Assembly (NCBI GenBank): GCA_934129885.1
Contig: CAKOWU010000001.1
Coordinates: forward strand, 19,750-83,749
Source of the DNA: an uncultured Bacilli bacterium
GTDB lineage: Bacteria > Bacillota_I > Bacilli_A > RF39 > UBA660
Length of the DNA stretch: 64,000 nucleotides
Direction: 5' to 3'
Below, in pieces: positions 34,715 to 44,087 of this stretch. The notes beneath the pieces are model-generated. The model worked only from the letters and a program-made list of their open reading frames with translations, made no database searches and was not told the DNA's origin. The position numbers were made by a program, and so were the translations under genes. How positions within the stretch are numbered: the stretch's first letter is position 1; every line of letters starts with the position of its first letter.

Positions 34715-34811
34715 GTATACATTTTAACATATTAATTTGAAATTAACAAATTAAAGTCGACAAACACAGAAAAACAATTTTGATAATTTTTATACGACTA
34801 CCTTACTCAAT

Positions 34812-34839
34812 TTGACAAGAATAGTATAACAAGTATAAT
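34812..34839 (+). promoter_or_regulatory. Sigma-A type promoter for the triple-repeat gene
   Basis: TTGACA (34812..34817), 16 nt spacer, TATAAT (34834..34839), 33 nt upstream of ATG 34872. Confidence 0.55.
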
Positions 34840-34871
34840 ATTGATATTCGAAAGGAATGTGATATATTTAA

Positions 34872-35675
34872 ATGGAAAATACGATAAATGAAACTGAATA
34901 TGCGAAAACATTTAGAATGAATTATGAAAATAGTGTTAAGGCTCCTTGGGTGCTGCTCAGTTTACTTACAAGGGCTAAAAAATATAATAAACTGGATGAA
35001 GTACCTATGGATATATTAAAGGAGATTAGTATTATTATCGATACTAAAGGTACGTATATTGATAAAATGGATTTTAATAGAATCATGGAAGTGAATGAAA
35101 CCATAACGAGGTCTTTGGAAGAAAGTGAATTTGCTAAAAAGTTTAGGGAAGAATATGAAAATAGTAATAAGGCTCCTTGGCTATTATTGCTTATGCTGAC
35201 AAAAGCACAAAGAGCGGGCAAATTTAATGAAATTCCTTTTGATATATTAAGTGAAATTAGTAATATTATATATAACGAGGGTACAGAGCTTGATAAAATT
35301 GATTTTGCAAGAATTACTAATATTAACCAAACTATAACTGCTCAAGAGGAAGAAAAAATGTATAATAATGAAAATGAATTTGCAAAGGCATTTAGAAAAT
35401 CTTATGAAAAAAGTATTAAGAAGCCTTTTGTAATAATTGTTATGCTTAAATGTGCTCAAAAAAGAGATAAACTTGATGAGGTACCTGCGGATATATTTAA
35501 GGATATGTGTGATATTATATCTACAAAGGGTAATGATATTGATAAAAATGAATTTAACAAACTAATTAGTGGTGAGAATGATAAAGATATAACTGCTTGT
35601 GGTGATTCTTATCCGACTATGCCTACTTCTGATGTTTGTGTAGATGCGAAAACGTACAGAAAGACTATTAATTAA
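34872..35675 (+). CDS. Hypothetical protein made of three tandem ~85 aa repeats
   Basis: The repeat unit is E(Y/F)AK.FR..YE.S.K.P(W/F)..L..L..A.....L(D/N)E(V/I)P.DI...(I/M)..II...G...DK..F. It occurs three times (aa ~8-85, ~86-170, ~171-245) and is followed by a short Cys/Pro tail. Confidence 0.6.
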   Translation: MENTINETEYAKTFRMNYENSVKAPWVLLSLLTRAKKYNKLDEVPMDILKEISIIIDTKGTYIDKMDFNRIMEVNETITRSLEESEFAKKFREEYENSNKAPWLLLLMLTKAQRAGKFNEIPFDILSEISNIIYNEGTELDKIDFARITNINQTITAQEEEKMYNNENEFAKAFRKSYEKSIKKPFVIIVMLKCAQKRDKLDEVPADIFKDMCDIISTKGNDIDKNEFNKLISGENDKDITACGDSYPTMPTSDVCVDAKTYRKTIN

Positions 35676-35725
35676 TTTTAAAAAGACCTAAAGTGGTCTT
35701 TTTGTGTTTAACCTAAACTAAGACA

Positions 35726-36178
35726 TTAAAGTCTTTCTGATTTGAATACGAATAGTTTATTGGTTACATAGTTATACATAAACATGATTAGGGTACATAT
35801 TACTTTGGCCCACATGTTGCCGATGTCAAAATGGGTGATTAGGAAGCCAAGGACGGCGGAGTCTATGGGGAAGCCTATTACTCTTACGATTATGAATGAT
35901 ACTCCTTGGGTCAGTTTGTTTTTTCCCAGTTTTGGTTTGGAGTTAAATACCATTCGGTCGCCAAAGTAGAGCAAGGTAAATGATATTGTGTAAGATACGA
36001 AGTTGGCGATTAGGTAGTTCCCGTTGGTAAGTTTATCGGTTATGAAAAATAATATAAATAGTATTATTGTACATATTATGGATACTATGGAATACCAAAT
36101 GAATTGTTTATTTTTGTCATACAATTTTTCTAGTTTGCTTTTTCTTTTGAATAGTTTACGCAGAGGTTTTAAGATCAT
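35726..36178 (-). CDS. GtrA-family membrane protein
   Basis: 150 aa with 4 TM segments. The C-terminal MFMYNYVTNKLFVFK is typical of the GtrA family. Confidence 0.65.
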   Translation of the reverse strand: MILKPLRKLFKRKSKLEKLYDKNKQFIWYSIVSIICTIILFILFFITDKLTNGNYLIANFVSYTISFTLLYFGDRMVFNSKPKLGKNKLTQGVSFIIVRVIGFPIDSAVLGFLITHFDIGNMWAKVICTLIMFMYNYVTNKLFVFKSERL

Positions 36179-36179
36179 T

Positions 36180-36962
36180 TTATTTTCCTAGGTTATTATA
36201 TATATCGTCATGGTCTAGTCTAGGAGTTAATATTTCATAGCCGTCTTTGGTTATGAGGATGGTATGTTCATAGTGGGCGGCTGGGGCACCGTCGTCTGTT
36301 TTAATGGTCCAGTCGTCATCTAGCATATAGATATCGGCGGTACCTAGGTTGAGCATTGGCTCGATACATATTACCATACCCTCTTTTAGTCTAGGACCAG
36401 TGCCAGCTTTACCATAGTTTGGAATGTCTGGGTCTTCGTGCATATCTATACCAATTCCGTGACCACATAATTCTTTAACTACGCCCAGTTTATGTTTTTT
36501 TGCATAGTTTTCCACAGCGTTACTGATGTCGCCTATTCTATTACCTGGTTTTACCATTTTAATTCCTTCATATAAGGCTTTTTCTGTATGTTCCATAAGG
36601 TATTTCTTTTTTTCGCTGATGTCTCCAACGGCATAGGTCCAAGCGGCATCACCTTGATAACCTTTATAGCCAATTACCATATCAATGGTTATTATGTCGC
36701 CGTTTTTTAGTTTTCTATTACTTGGGATACCATGAACGACTTCGTCATTGATGCTTGTACATAGGGTGGCGGGAAAGCCTTCATATCCTAGGCATGATGG
36801 GGTTGCGTCATGTTTTTTTATGAAGTCATACGCAAGTTTATCTAGTTCTTTAGTTGTTATTCCTGGCTTTATATATGGTTTTAAATATTGATGTGTTAAG
36901 GACACTAGTTTACCAGCGTGTCTCATCAATTCTATTTCATCTTTACTTTTTATAGTAATCAT
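36180..36962 (-). CDS. map: Methionine aminopeptidase type I
   Basis: Likely start at ATG 36962 (MITIKSKDEIELMRHAGKL), after AAGAAGGA. Metal ligands lie in the contexts VVHGIP, GDIITID, GYQGDAAWT, GHGIG and EPML..EHT. Confidence 0.93.
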   Translation of the reverse strand: MITIKSKDEIELMRHAGKLVSLTHQYLKPYIKPGITTKELDKLAYDFIKKHDATPSCLGYEGFPATLCTSINDEVVHGIPSNRKLKNGDIITIDMVIGYKGYQGDAAWTYAVGDISEKKKYLMEHTEKALYEGIKMVKPGNRIGDISNAVENYAKKHKLGVVKELCGHGIGIDMHEDPDIPNYGKAGTGPRLKEGMVICIEPMLNLGTADIYMLDDDWTIKTDDGAPAAHYEHTILITKDGYEILTPRLDHDDIYNNLGK

Positions 36963-37108
36963 AAAATCCTTCTTTCTGCCTGTTATTATATCATGTATTA
37001 TTTTAGATGTAAATCTAATTAGATATGAAAGCATTTTCACATTTGCGTGTATTAGTAAAGTTTTACATAGTAATGAAACGGTGACAAAAGAAAAAAGACC
37101 AGTTGGTC

Positions 37109-37384
37109 TTAGTTATTTAAGTTATCTTTTAAAGCAGTTCCAGCCTTAAAACTTACTGACTTACTAGCAGCAATTTGAATAGCTTCACCTGTTTGTGGAT
37201 TTCTACCAGTTCTTGCGGCTCTTTCTGAAACTTTAAAAACTCCAAATCCTGCAACTGAAACTTTTTCTCCGTCTGCTAATTCAGATTTGAATAAATCAAA
37301 AGTAGCGTTGAAAACTCTTTCAGCATCTGCTTTAGAAACGCCAGCGTTTTCAGCAATAGTCTCGATCATTTCTGATTTTTTCAT
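37109..37384 (-). CDS. hup: DNA-binding protein HU
   Basis: 91 aa, MKKSEMIETIAENAGVSKADAERVFNATFD..GFGVFKVSERAARTGRNPQTGEAIQIAASK. Confidence 0.95.
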   Translation of the reverse strand: MKKSEMIETIAENAGVSKADAERVFNATFDLFKSELADGEKVSVAGFGVFKVSERAARTGRNPQTGEAIQIAASKSVSFKAGTALKDNLNN

Positions 37385-37592
37385 TTATGTTTCACCTCAT
37401 TTTCTGATATCATTATAACATAATTTTCTGATATTGTTTACTTTATTGTAAAATATTTACAATTTTTAACCAAAGTTTAGGGGAATTTTGGTAATAATTA
37501 CGTTTTTTTTGTAATACTCTAAATAATTTAACTATTTTGATGTATATTTACTAAAAAACTGTGCTATCATATAGACACTGGAGGGGTTAGTT

Positions 37593-38777
37593 ATGAAGGT
37601 GAAATTTAAGGTTATAGTGATTTTGTTTGTTATTTTATTATTGGCACTTGGTACTTTTTTATACATGAGGTGTTACAAGGAAAATATCAAGTTTGCGGAT
37701 GATTTATCTTTTGAGGTTTATTCTGATGTGATGGTTAAGGATTTGGTACTGTCTGATTTAAAGGTTTATGATAAGAAAGTTGACACTTCTACAACTGGTA
37801 AGAAGACCCTTAGTTTTACTTATCAAAACAGATATGGTTACAAACAAACGGGAAAGATTAGTATTGGTGTAGTCGACACGGAAAAGCCACATATTGTGCT
37901 TAATAATGAGATTTCTATGGTACGTGGAAGTGATATACAGCTAAAAGACAGGATTATGTGCATTGATAATTATGATGATGAGGTGTCTATTAAGATAGAG
38001 GGCGACTACGACATGGACAGCGTGGGAAGGTATGCACTTAGTATCCATGCGAGTGATAAGTCTGGAAATGTGGCGAGTCAAAATTTTACTTTAAACGTTT
38101 ACGAAAGGACGCAGGGAGGCGGTGCTGGTAAGGCTGATACTGATGATGACTATACTTTATTTAGTGATGTGATTTCTAAATATAAAAATGATGAGACAAT
38201 GGTTGGTGCAGATATTTCGGCGTGGCAAAAGGACGTTAATTTTGGTGCGATGAAGGATGCAGGGGTAGATTTTGTTTTTGTTAGGGCTGCGGTGCAGAGT
38301 AATAAGGGTGATGATTTGTCGCTTGATGCTTATTTTGACAGGAATATGAAGGGTGCTAACGAGGCAGGAATTGATGCGGGCATTTATGTGTTTTCAAAGG
38401 CCGCTAATAAGGAAGAGGCTATAAGGCAGGCCAAGTTTATTTTGAAGAAGGTTAAGAAGTATGAGGTTAAACTACCGATTGTGTTTGATTGGGAGAATTG
38501 GAGTGATTACAATACGTATCATTTAAGCAGGTATCATTTAAATGAGATTGCAAAGGCTTTTATTAAGAAGGTGAATGATGCTGGATATGAAGGGATGATT
38601 TATGGCAGTGATAATTATTTGAAGTGGGCGTTTGATGACAAGTATGATAATGTTTGGGTAGCCCGCTATGGGAAAGCGCCTAGTTACGAGGGGGTTGATT
38701 ACTGGCAAGTGTGTGATGACGGGAAGGTACCTGGGATTGATACGAATGCGGATATTGATGTGTATTACAAGAAATAA
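37593..38777 (+). CDS. Membrane-anchored GH25 muramidase (lysozyme) with Ig-like domains
   Basis: 394 aa with an N-terminal TM segment and an Ig-like repeat region. The C-terminal GH25 has GADISAWQKDVNFGAMKDAGVDFVFVRA ... DWENW ... WVARY. Confidence 0.8.
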   Translation: MKVKFKVIVILFVILLLALGTFLYMRCYKENIKFADDLSFEVYSDVMVKDLVLSDLKVYDKKVDTSTTGKKTLSFTYQNRYGYKQTGKISIGVVDTEKPHIVLNNEISMVRGSDIQLKDRIMCIDNYDDEVSIKIEGDYDMDSVGRYALSIHASDKSGNVASQNFTLNVYERTQGGGAGKADTDDDYTLFSDVISKYKNDETMVGADISAWQKDVNFGAMKDAGVDFVFVRAAVQSNKGDDLSLDAYFDRNMKGANEAGIDAGIYVFSKAANKEEAIRQAKFILKKVKKYEVKLPIVFDWENWSDYNTYHLSRYHLNEIAKAFIKKVNDAGYEGMIYGSDNYLKWAFDDKYDNVWVARYGKAPSYEGVDYWQVCDDGKVPGIDTNADIDVYYKK

Positions 38778-38845
38778 AATAAGGTAATATAGTGCTGGAG
38801 GGGACAAAAATGGTTGGTGACGACAAAAAAACATCATGTGATGTT

Positions 38846-39274
38846 TTAGTGAAGTTCTTTGCAGACGCCTTCGGCGGGTTTGTAGAAGCAGTGGTTTTTA
38901 TATTTACCTGCAAGATCTTGGTCCCACCATGTGTCTTTACAGGCGTTACCACTACCTGGAGCATAAAACCACAGGGCATTGGTGGCAGGGTAATAGTATT
39001 CTCCTCTTATTACTCTATCAGCAAGACCCTTTTCTAATGTGGTTGGGCTACTATAATAAAGGGAACTATTTACGCCAGAGAAGCCGCCTGGAGACTGATT
39101 TATGACTTTGGCTAGAGTGGTTATGTTTTTAAACGTTAAGCAGTTGGCGATTGCTCTATTTACGACGACGTTGCCGACCATAAGCATACCAAGGTTGCCT
39201 TCTCCTAGGGCTTCTGCTCTCATTAATCTTGCTAGCATGTCTCTTTCTGATGTTGTATATTGTACAATACTCAT
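38846..39274 (-). CDS. SleB-like cell wall hydrolase (Hydrolase_2 family)
   Basis: Likely start at ATG 39274 (MSIVQYTTSERDMLARLMRAEALGEG..VGNVVVNR), after TAGGTGA. The longer track ORF would overlap the tRNA gene. Confidence 0.8.
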   Translation of the reverse strand: MSIVQYTTSERDMLARLMRAEALGEGNLGMLMVGNVVVNRAIANCLTFKNITTLAKVINQSPGGFSGVNSSLYYSSPTTLEKGLADRVIRGEYYYPATNALWFYAPGSGNACKDTWWDQDLAGKYKNHCFYKPAEGVCKELH

Positions 39275-39353
39275 ATGATCACCTAGAATAATATATGAAA
39301 ATGGCAAAAATTGTTGAATAAATTTGGGTGGTATGGTATAATTGAGAAGTCGT

Positions 39354-39427
39354 AGGGACATAATTCAGTGGTAGAATGATGGTCTCCAAAACCATTCACG
39401 AGGGTTCGAGTCCTTCTGTCCCTGCCA
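39354..39427 (+). tRNA. trnW: tRNA-Trp (anticodon CCA)
   Basis: Acceptor stem AGGGACA/TGTCCCT, D arm ATTC-AGTGGTA-GAAT, anticodon stem ATGGT/ACCAT with loop CTCCAAA. T arm GAGGG-TTCGAGT-CCTTC, discriminator G, encoded CCA. Confidence 0.9.
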
Positions 39428-39560
39428 TTTGACTATTTATTCGGATTATTTCGGATTTTGATATAACTAGGCCTTAATTATGAGGCTTTTTTATTTATAT
39501 AAAATGGTAATGCTAAAACTGTGGGACTTACTGGATAGGCTTTTATATTTTAATTTAGGG

Positions 39561-40532
39561 TTATTTTGTACCTGTCCAATTTATTGTGGCGTTTGTGGCA
39601 CCCCATGGGGCACCTGCAATAGCATTTTCTTTTCTGTTTATGTTTATGGTAATGTTGTCATCTTCATCAAATACATAAGTTTCAATTTCTCTTATTGAAC
39701 TTGGTATATTATAAATAGTGGCTTTGGCTTGGTGGAATGCATCTCTTTTAATTATTTCTATACTATCTGGTAAGTTTATTGTTCCTACATTTGCAAAACG
39801 AAATGACATATATTGTAGTGTTTTAACACCAGAGGGGACATTTAGCACGTCAACCCATTTTCTTGTGGCATATGAATTTATACTTGTGTAGTCGATGCTG
39901 CCATCTTCGTTTTTATTATATATAATAGCATTTTCAGGCTCTAGACTATTAAGTGAAAAGGCTCCACTTTCATATTTGATGTTATCAAGCACGGGTATAT
40001 AGGTTAGGTAATTTTTCAGGAAAGCACCTTCGTTAATTTTTTTTAGGGACGCGGGAAAGGTAATGGTTGTTAGCAGATTTTTATGGAAGGCTTCTGCACC
40101 TATTTCTTCTACACCGGTACCTAGGTTTAGTTCTGATATTGAATTGCCGCTGAATGACCATGCACCGATATAGGTTATGGTGTCTGGGATAGTTACTTTG
40201 GTAATTGATTTGTGGTCAAAAGACTTTTGTTTCTTCCAATATGTATCTCCGATTTTGGTAACTGTTTTGCCTTTTATGGTTGAGGGGATGTTTACTTCCC
40301 TACCGCAGGTTTTGTCATAATCAGTTATAGTTACTGTGCCGTCCTCATTGTCTGATGTTTCATAACATTTATCAGATACTTTATAGACATTACCTCTAGC
40401 ACTCATATTAATATTCGTATTAAAGACGGCATATCCAATAGATAAACATAACAATACTATAAATAAACTTATTACAATTATTTTTCTTTGTCTCTTTAAC
40501 TCTCTTCTATGTAGTCTTTTTCTATGTCTCAT
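39561..40532 (-). CDS. BspA-like leucine-rich-repeat surface protein, paralog 1
   Basis: Likely start at ATG 40532 (MRHRKRLHRRELKRQRK), after GGAGG. It has a basic N-terminus, a TM anchor, the GYAVFNTNINMSARGN motif and LRR_5-type repeats (IP..V..IG..AF). The conserved C-terminus is ININRKENAIAGAPWGATNATINWTG. Confidence 0.75.
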   Translation of the reverse strand: MRHRKRLHRRELKRQRKIIVISLFIVLLCLSIGYAVFNTNINMSARGNVYKVSDKCYETSDNEDGTVTITDYDKTCGREVNIPSTIKGKTVTKIGDTYWKKQKSFDHKSITKVTIPDTITYIGAWSFSGNSISELNLGTGVEEIGAEAFHKNLLTTITFPASLKKINEGAFLKNYLTYIPVLDNIKYESGAFSLNSLEPENAIIYNKNEDGSIDYTSINSYATRKWVDVLNVPSGVKTLQYMSFRFANVGTINLPDSIEIIKRDAFHQAKATIYNIPSSIREIETYVFDEDDNITININRKENAIAGAPWGATNATINWTGTK

Positions 40533-40739
40533 TTTATTACCTCCACTAAAATGAACGTATAACAGCATATTATACGTTACAAATTTAATAAAAATATTAC
40601 TTTTTGTATAAACAAATTGATTAACAGATACTCAAAAATACCCTTTTTATAGCAAAAAATTATCGTAAAATATGCTGTTATACGATAATCTTTGTTTATA
40701 AATTTTCTAGTATAAGGTCGAATATGTCTTACTAGAATA

Positions 40740-41639
40740 TTATTTTTCGTTTTTTAATTCTTTAATCTCTTCTTTAGAAAGATTTGTATATTTGGTAATG
40801 GTGTCTATTGGTAGTTTATCTTTAAGCATTTTTCTGGCGGTTTCAAGTCTAGCATTTTTGTCCCCAATCTCCTTACCTTCAGCTCGTCCTTCGTCCTTAC
40901 CATTGGCAAAATAAGTATTTCGAGTTTTCTCTTCATCTTCCTCTTTCGACATAAATTCTATGAAGTCAGAATCATTATTAATTTCTTTTACACTCTCTAA
41001 AAATTCCTTCATAATCTTATCTCCATTCGCACTTAATCTTTCTAATTCTTCTTTATTTAATGCAAGCATCGCTACATGGAAGTACTTGCTTTTACCATTA
41101 TTATACCATGACCTAAGTATTTTAGACCCATTAAATTCTATTATCTTGAATTTCGTTGAATACTCAAGGCCTGTTTCCTTGTCGGTAAGAACGTATATGG
41201 CTTTTGCTTGGTAGTAATCTGGTAAACCATAAGTGAAATTTATGAGTATTACTTCATCTACATTTTTATAATCATCTCCAGCTTTTATAGTGTTAGAGAA
41301 AAGAGTACAAAGATATAAAAGACCTTTTTCGTGCTGGCCATCATAAAAAGATGAGTTCATTTCTAAAATCGCGTGTCTACCACCTTCTAAAGTAGCCATA
41401 ACATCTACTCTTTGCTTTTTTGCCCACACACTTTTATATGGTAACTCCAAAATATTAGAGTTTATTACATTCACTTCCTCTTCCATGGACATATCTAAAT
41501 AGAATTTTAATAAGTTTTTTCTGCCTACAAACATGGCCTTAAATACAGAATCCGCTAGAGGTTTATAGAATACTGTTCCGTCTGGCAACACCTCCTTTAT
41601 TTTAATGTTTTTTGTATCCATTTTTTTCACATTATCCAT
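40740..41639 (-). CDS. Rpn-family recombination-promoting nuclease / PD-(D/E)XK putative transposase
   Basis: 299 aa with the N-terminal FKAMFVGRKNLLKFYL and the core RVDVMATLEGGRHAILEMNSS (D..E.x). The C-terminal helical repeat region is typical of the YhgA/Transposase_31 family. Confidence 0.7.
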   Translation of the reverse strand: MDNVKKMDTKNIKIKEVLPDGTVFYKPLADSVFKAMFVGRKNLLKFYLDMSMEEEVNVINSNILELPYKSVWAKKQRVDVMATLEGGRHAILEMNSSFYDGQHEKGLLYLCTLFSNTIKAGDDYKNVDEVILINFTYGLPDYYQAKAIYVLTDKETGLEYSTKFKIIEFNGSKILRSWYNNGKSKYFHVAMLALNKEELERLSANGDKIMKEFLESVKEINNDSDFIEFMSKEEDEEKTRNTYFANGKDEGRAEGKEIGDKNARLETARKMLKDKLPIDTITKYTNLSKEEIKELKNEK

Positions 41640-41866
41640 AATCTTTTTTTCCTCCTTTCAAAAAATGAATACAGTCCCTTTTATTCAGAGGACATACTTT
41701 TCCCCTCATTAGTAATATACTGTGTTTATTCGCAAATTTCTTTTTTTATTTTGAAATTTTTTCACTTTTTTGCATCCTGACTTATATTTTAGATATTTCT
41801 ACTTTTGGTGTAGTTAACAAAAAAACATCAGATTTATGTCTCTAATGTCTTATTATAAAAATATGT

Positions 41867-42871
41867 TTAATTATCTCCAGTCCAATTTACTGTAGCATTT
41901 GTGGCACCCCATGGGGCACCCTCGATAGCACTTTCTTTTCTGTTGATGTTTATAGTTTGGATATTTTGGTTTCCATCACCACTAAAGGCAGTTGATGATA
42001 TTATTTTAATCCCACTACCTATATTTATTGTTTTTAAATTTGCATTAACACTTATAGCGGTCGATTGTATTTCTTCTACTGTGTCCGGAATATTTAATTC
42101 GGTTAAATCGTTTAAATAATATAAACTATGCCAGCCCAATACTTTTATATTGCTTGGTAATTCTATATTATTTATATTTCTGTTTCCATACGAATTTAAC
42201 TTTTCGTAATTTATACTACCGTCTTTATTTCTATCATAAATATACAAATTATCTTTATCCATTAAATTAGCATTGAATGAGCCATTTCCTAAAGAGGTTA
42301 CACTATTTGGTATTTGTATTGTTTTTAGGTTATTATGAGAAAAGGTTTCATATCCAATGATAGTTAATCCATCATTTAAAGTTAGACTTGATATTTGGTT
42401 AAAAGCAAATGCTTGCCAGTTAATTGTTTTGACACTACTTGGGATAACCACTTTAGTGAGCTTGTTTCCAAAAAATGATATTACTCCTATATATGTTATT
42501 GTATCAGGGAAAATGACAGTTTCAATTTTCTTTTCAGTAAAGGGGTCATTATTATCATAAGTACCATTTATTTTAGTTGATGTACCATCTCCTATTTTAG
42601 TTATTGTTAAGTTATTTATTTTGCTCGGTATGTTTACTTTTGTTCCACAAGTACTTGCATCATAATCGGTTATAGTACCTGTTCCGTCTCCATTATCGGA
42701 TACGGTAAAACAACTACTAGGTGTTCTACTTATATTTCCTTTGGCACTTAAATTTATATTTGTACTAAAGGCGGCATACCCCACACTCAAGCAAACCATT
42801 ATGATGAATAAGCTTAATGTAATTATTCTTTTTTGTTTGTTATATTTTCTTCGCCTATGTTTTCTTCTCAT
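41867..42871 (-). CDS. BspA-like leucine-rich-repeat surface protein, paralog 2
   Basis: Likely start at ATG 42871 (MRRKHRRRKYNKQKR). Same architecture as paralog 1. N-terminal GYAAFSTNINLSAKGNISRTPSSCFTVSDNGDGTGTITDYD, C-terminal ININRKESAIEGAPWGATNATVNWTG. Confidence 0.75.
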   Translation of the reverse strand: MRRKHRRRKYNKQKRIITLSLFIIMVCLSVGYAAFSTNINLSAKGNISRTPSSCFTVSDNGDGTGTITDYDASTCGTKVNIPSKINNLTITKIGDGTSTKINGTYDNNDPFTEKKIETVIFPDTITYIGVISFFGNKLTKVVIPSSVKTINWQAFAFNQISSLTLNDGLTIIGYETFSHNNLKTIQIPNSVTSLGNGSFNANLMDKDNLYIYDRNKDGSINYEKLNSYGNRNINNIELPSNIKVLGWHSLYYLNDLTELNIPDTVEEIQSTAISVNANLKTINIGSGIKIISSTAFSGDGNQNIQTININRKESAIEGAPWGATNATVNWTGDN

Positions 42872-42988
42872 AAAATGTGCCAACCTTTCTACTATGGTTA
42901 ACATATAACTGCTAGTTATACGTTAATTATGAGGCGTTCATATATTAAAAATTACTTTAGTTTGAAAATAACTAGAGTGATTTTTTGA

Positions 42989-43993
42989 TTAATTAGTTCC
43001 TGTCCAATTTACGTTGACATTGGTGGCACCCCATGGGGCACCTGCAATAGCATTTTCTTTTCTGTTTATGTTAATTGTTAGAGTATCTTGATTTCCAATG
43101 CCATAAAAAGCATTGCTTTCTATTTCTTTTATACCGCTGCCGATGTTGACGGTTGTTAAGTTTTTATTATTGTATGCAAACTGATTATCAAGTTTTTCTA
43201 TTGTGTCTGGAATATTTAATTCGGTTAAGTTATCTATAAAATATAGGCTTTGTCCACCTAATACTTTAATATTACTTGGAAATGTAATATTATTATTTCT
43301 TCTATTCCCATAAGAATTTAGCGTTGTATAATCAATACTTCCGTCTATATTTTTATTATAAATATAAACATTTTCGCCTTCTATCAAGTTAGAATTAAAT
43401 GCTCCAACATCCATTGAAGTTACACTATTCGGTATTCTTATTGTTTTTAAATTATTGTGGGAAAATGCTTCGGAACCTATTGTTGTTAAACCTTCATTTA
43501 AGGTAAGATCTTCAATACTATTAAATGCGAATGCTTGATGTCTAATTACTTTAACACTACTTGGTATGGTTACCTTGGTAAGTTTATTTCCAAAAAAAGC
43601 AATTTCCCCTATATATGTCATAGTACCTGGAAAAATAACGGATGTAATATTTTTTTGTGTAAATGGTCCATTATTATAACGCTGACCATCTATTAACTTT
43701 GAACTTCCATCTCCTATTTTGGTTATTGTTAAATTATTTATGTTATTTGGTATGATTACTTTTGTTCCACATGTATTAACGTCATAATCAGTTATAGTGC
43801 CTGTACCGTCTCCGTTATCAGAAACCGTGAAACAACTACTAGGTGTTGTACTTATATTACCTTTGGCATTTAAATTTATTCCTGTGGAAAAGGCAGCATA
43901 ACCTATACTTAAAGAAGTTATTATGAGGAATAAACTTATTATAATTATTCTTTTTTGTTTATTATATTTTCTTTGCCTATGTTTTTTTCTCAT
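42989..43993 (-). CDS. BspA-like leucine-rich-repeat surface protein, paralog 3
   Basis: Likely start at ATG 43993 (MRKKHRQRKYNKQKR). The N-terminal 75 aa are nearly identical to paralog 2. The C-terminus is ININRKENAIAGAPWGATNVNVNWTG. Confidence 0.75.
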   Translation of the reverse strand: MRKKHRQRKYNKQKRIIIISLFLIITSLSIGYAAFSTGINLNAKGNISTTPSSCFTVSDNGDGTGTITDYDVNTCGTKVIIPNNINNLTITKIGDGSSKLIDGQRYNNGPFTQKNITSVIFPGTMTYIGEIAFFGNKLTKVTIPSSVKVIRHQAFAFNSIEDLTLNEGLTTIGSEAFSHNNLKTIRIPNSVTSMDVGAFNSNLIEGENVYIYNKNIDGSIDYTTLNSYGNRRNNNITFPSNIKVLGGQSLYFIDNLTELNIPDTIEKLDNQFAYNNKNLTTVNIGSGIKEIESNAFYGIGNQDTLTININRKENAIAGAPWGATNVNVNWTGTN

Positions 43994-44087
43994 AATATCC
44001 CTACTTTTCAAGAATAATTATACGTCACGTTTCGTGGTATGTCAAGACAAAAATGCCACAGTATGCAACAATAAATGTGGTGATTAT

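Noticed and set aside
38538-39037. Track ORFs 38538..38837, 38680..38979 (-) and 38792..39037 (+) between and over the GH25 and SleB genes
   Set aside because: They overlap well-supported genes in other frames and have no RBS. Their Pro/His/Ile-rich odd compositions also argue against them.
39601-39610. The GC-rich palindrome CCCCATGGGG recurring in all three LRR genes as a regulatory or recombination site
   Set aside because: It is the coding sequence of the conserved APWGA peptide (gca/gcc cca tgg ggt/ggc gcc). The palindrome is a by-product of Pro-Trp-Gly codons, although the wider 50 bp identity is still reported as a conversion tract.
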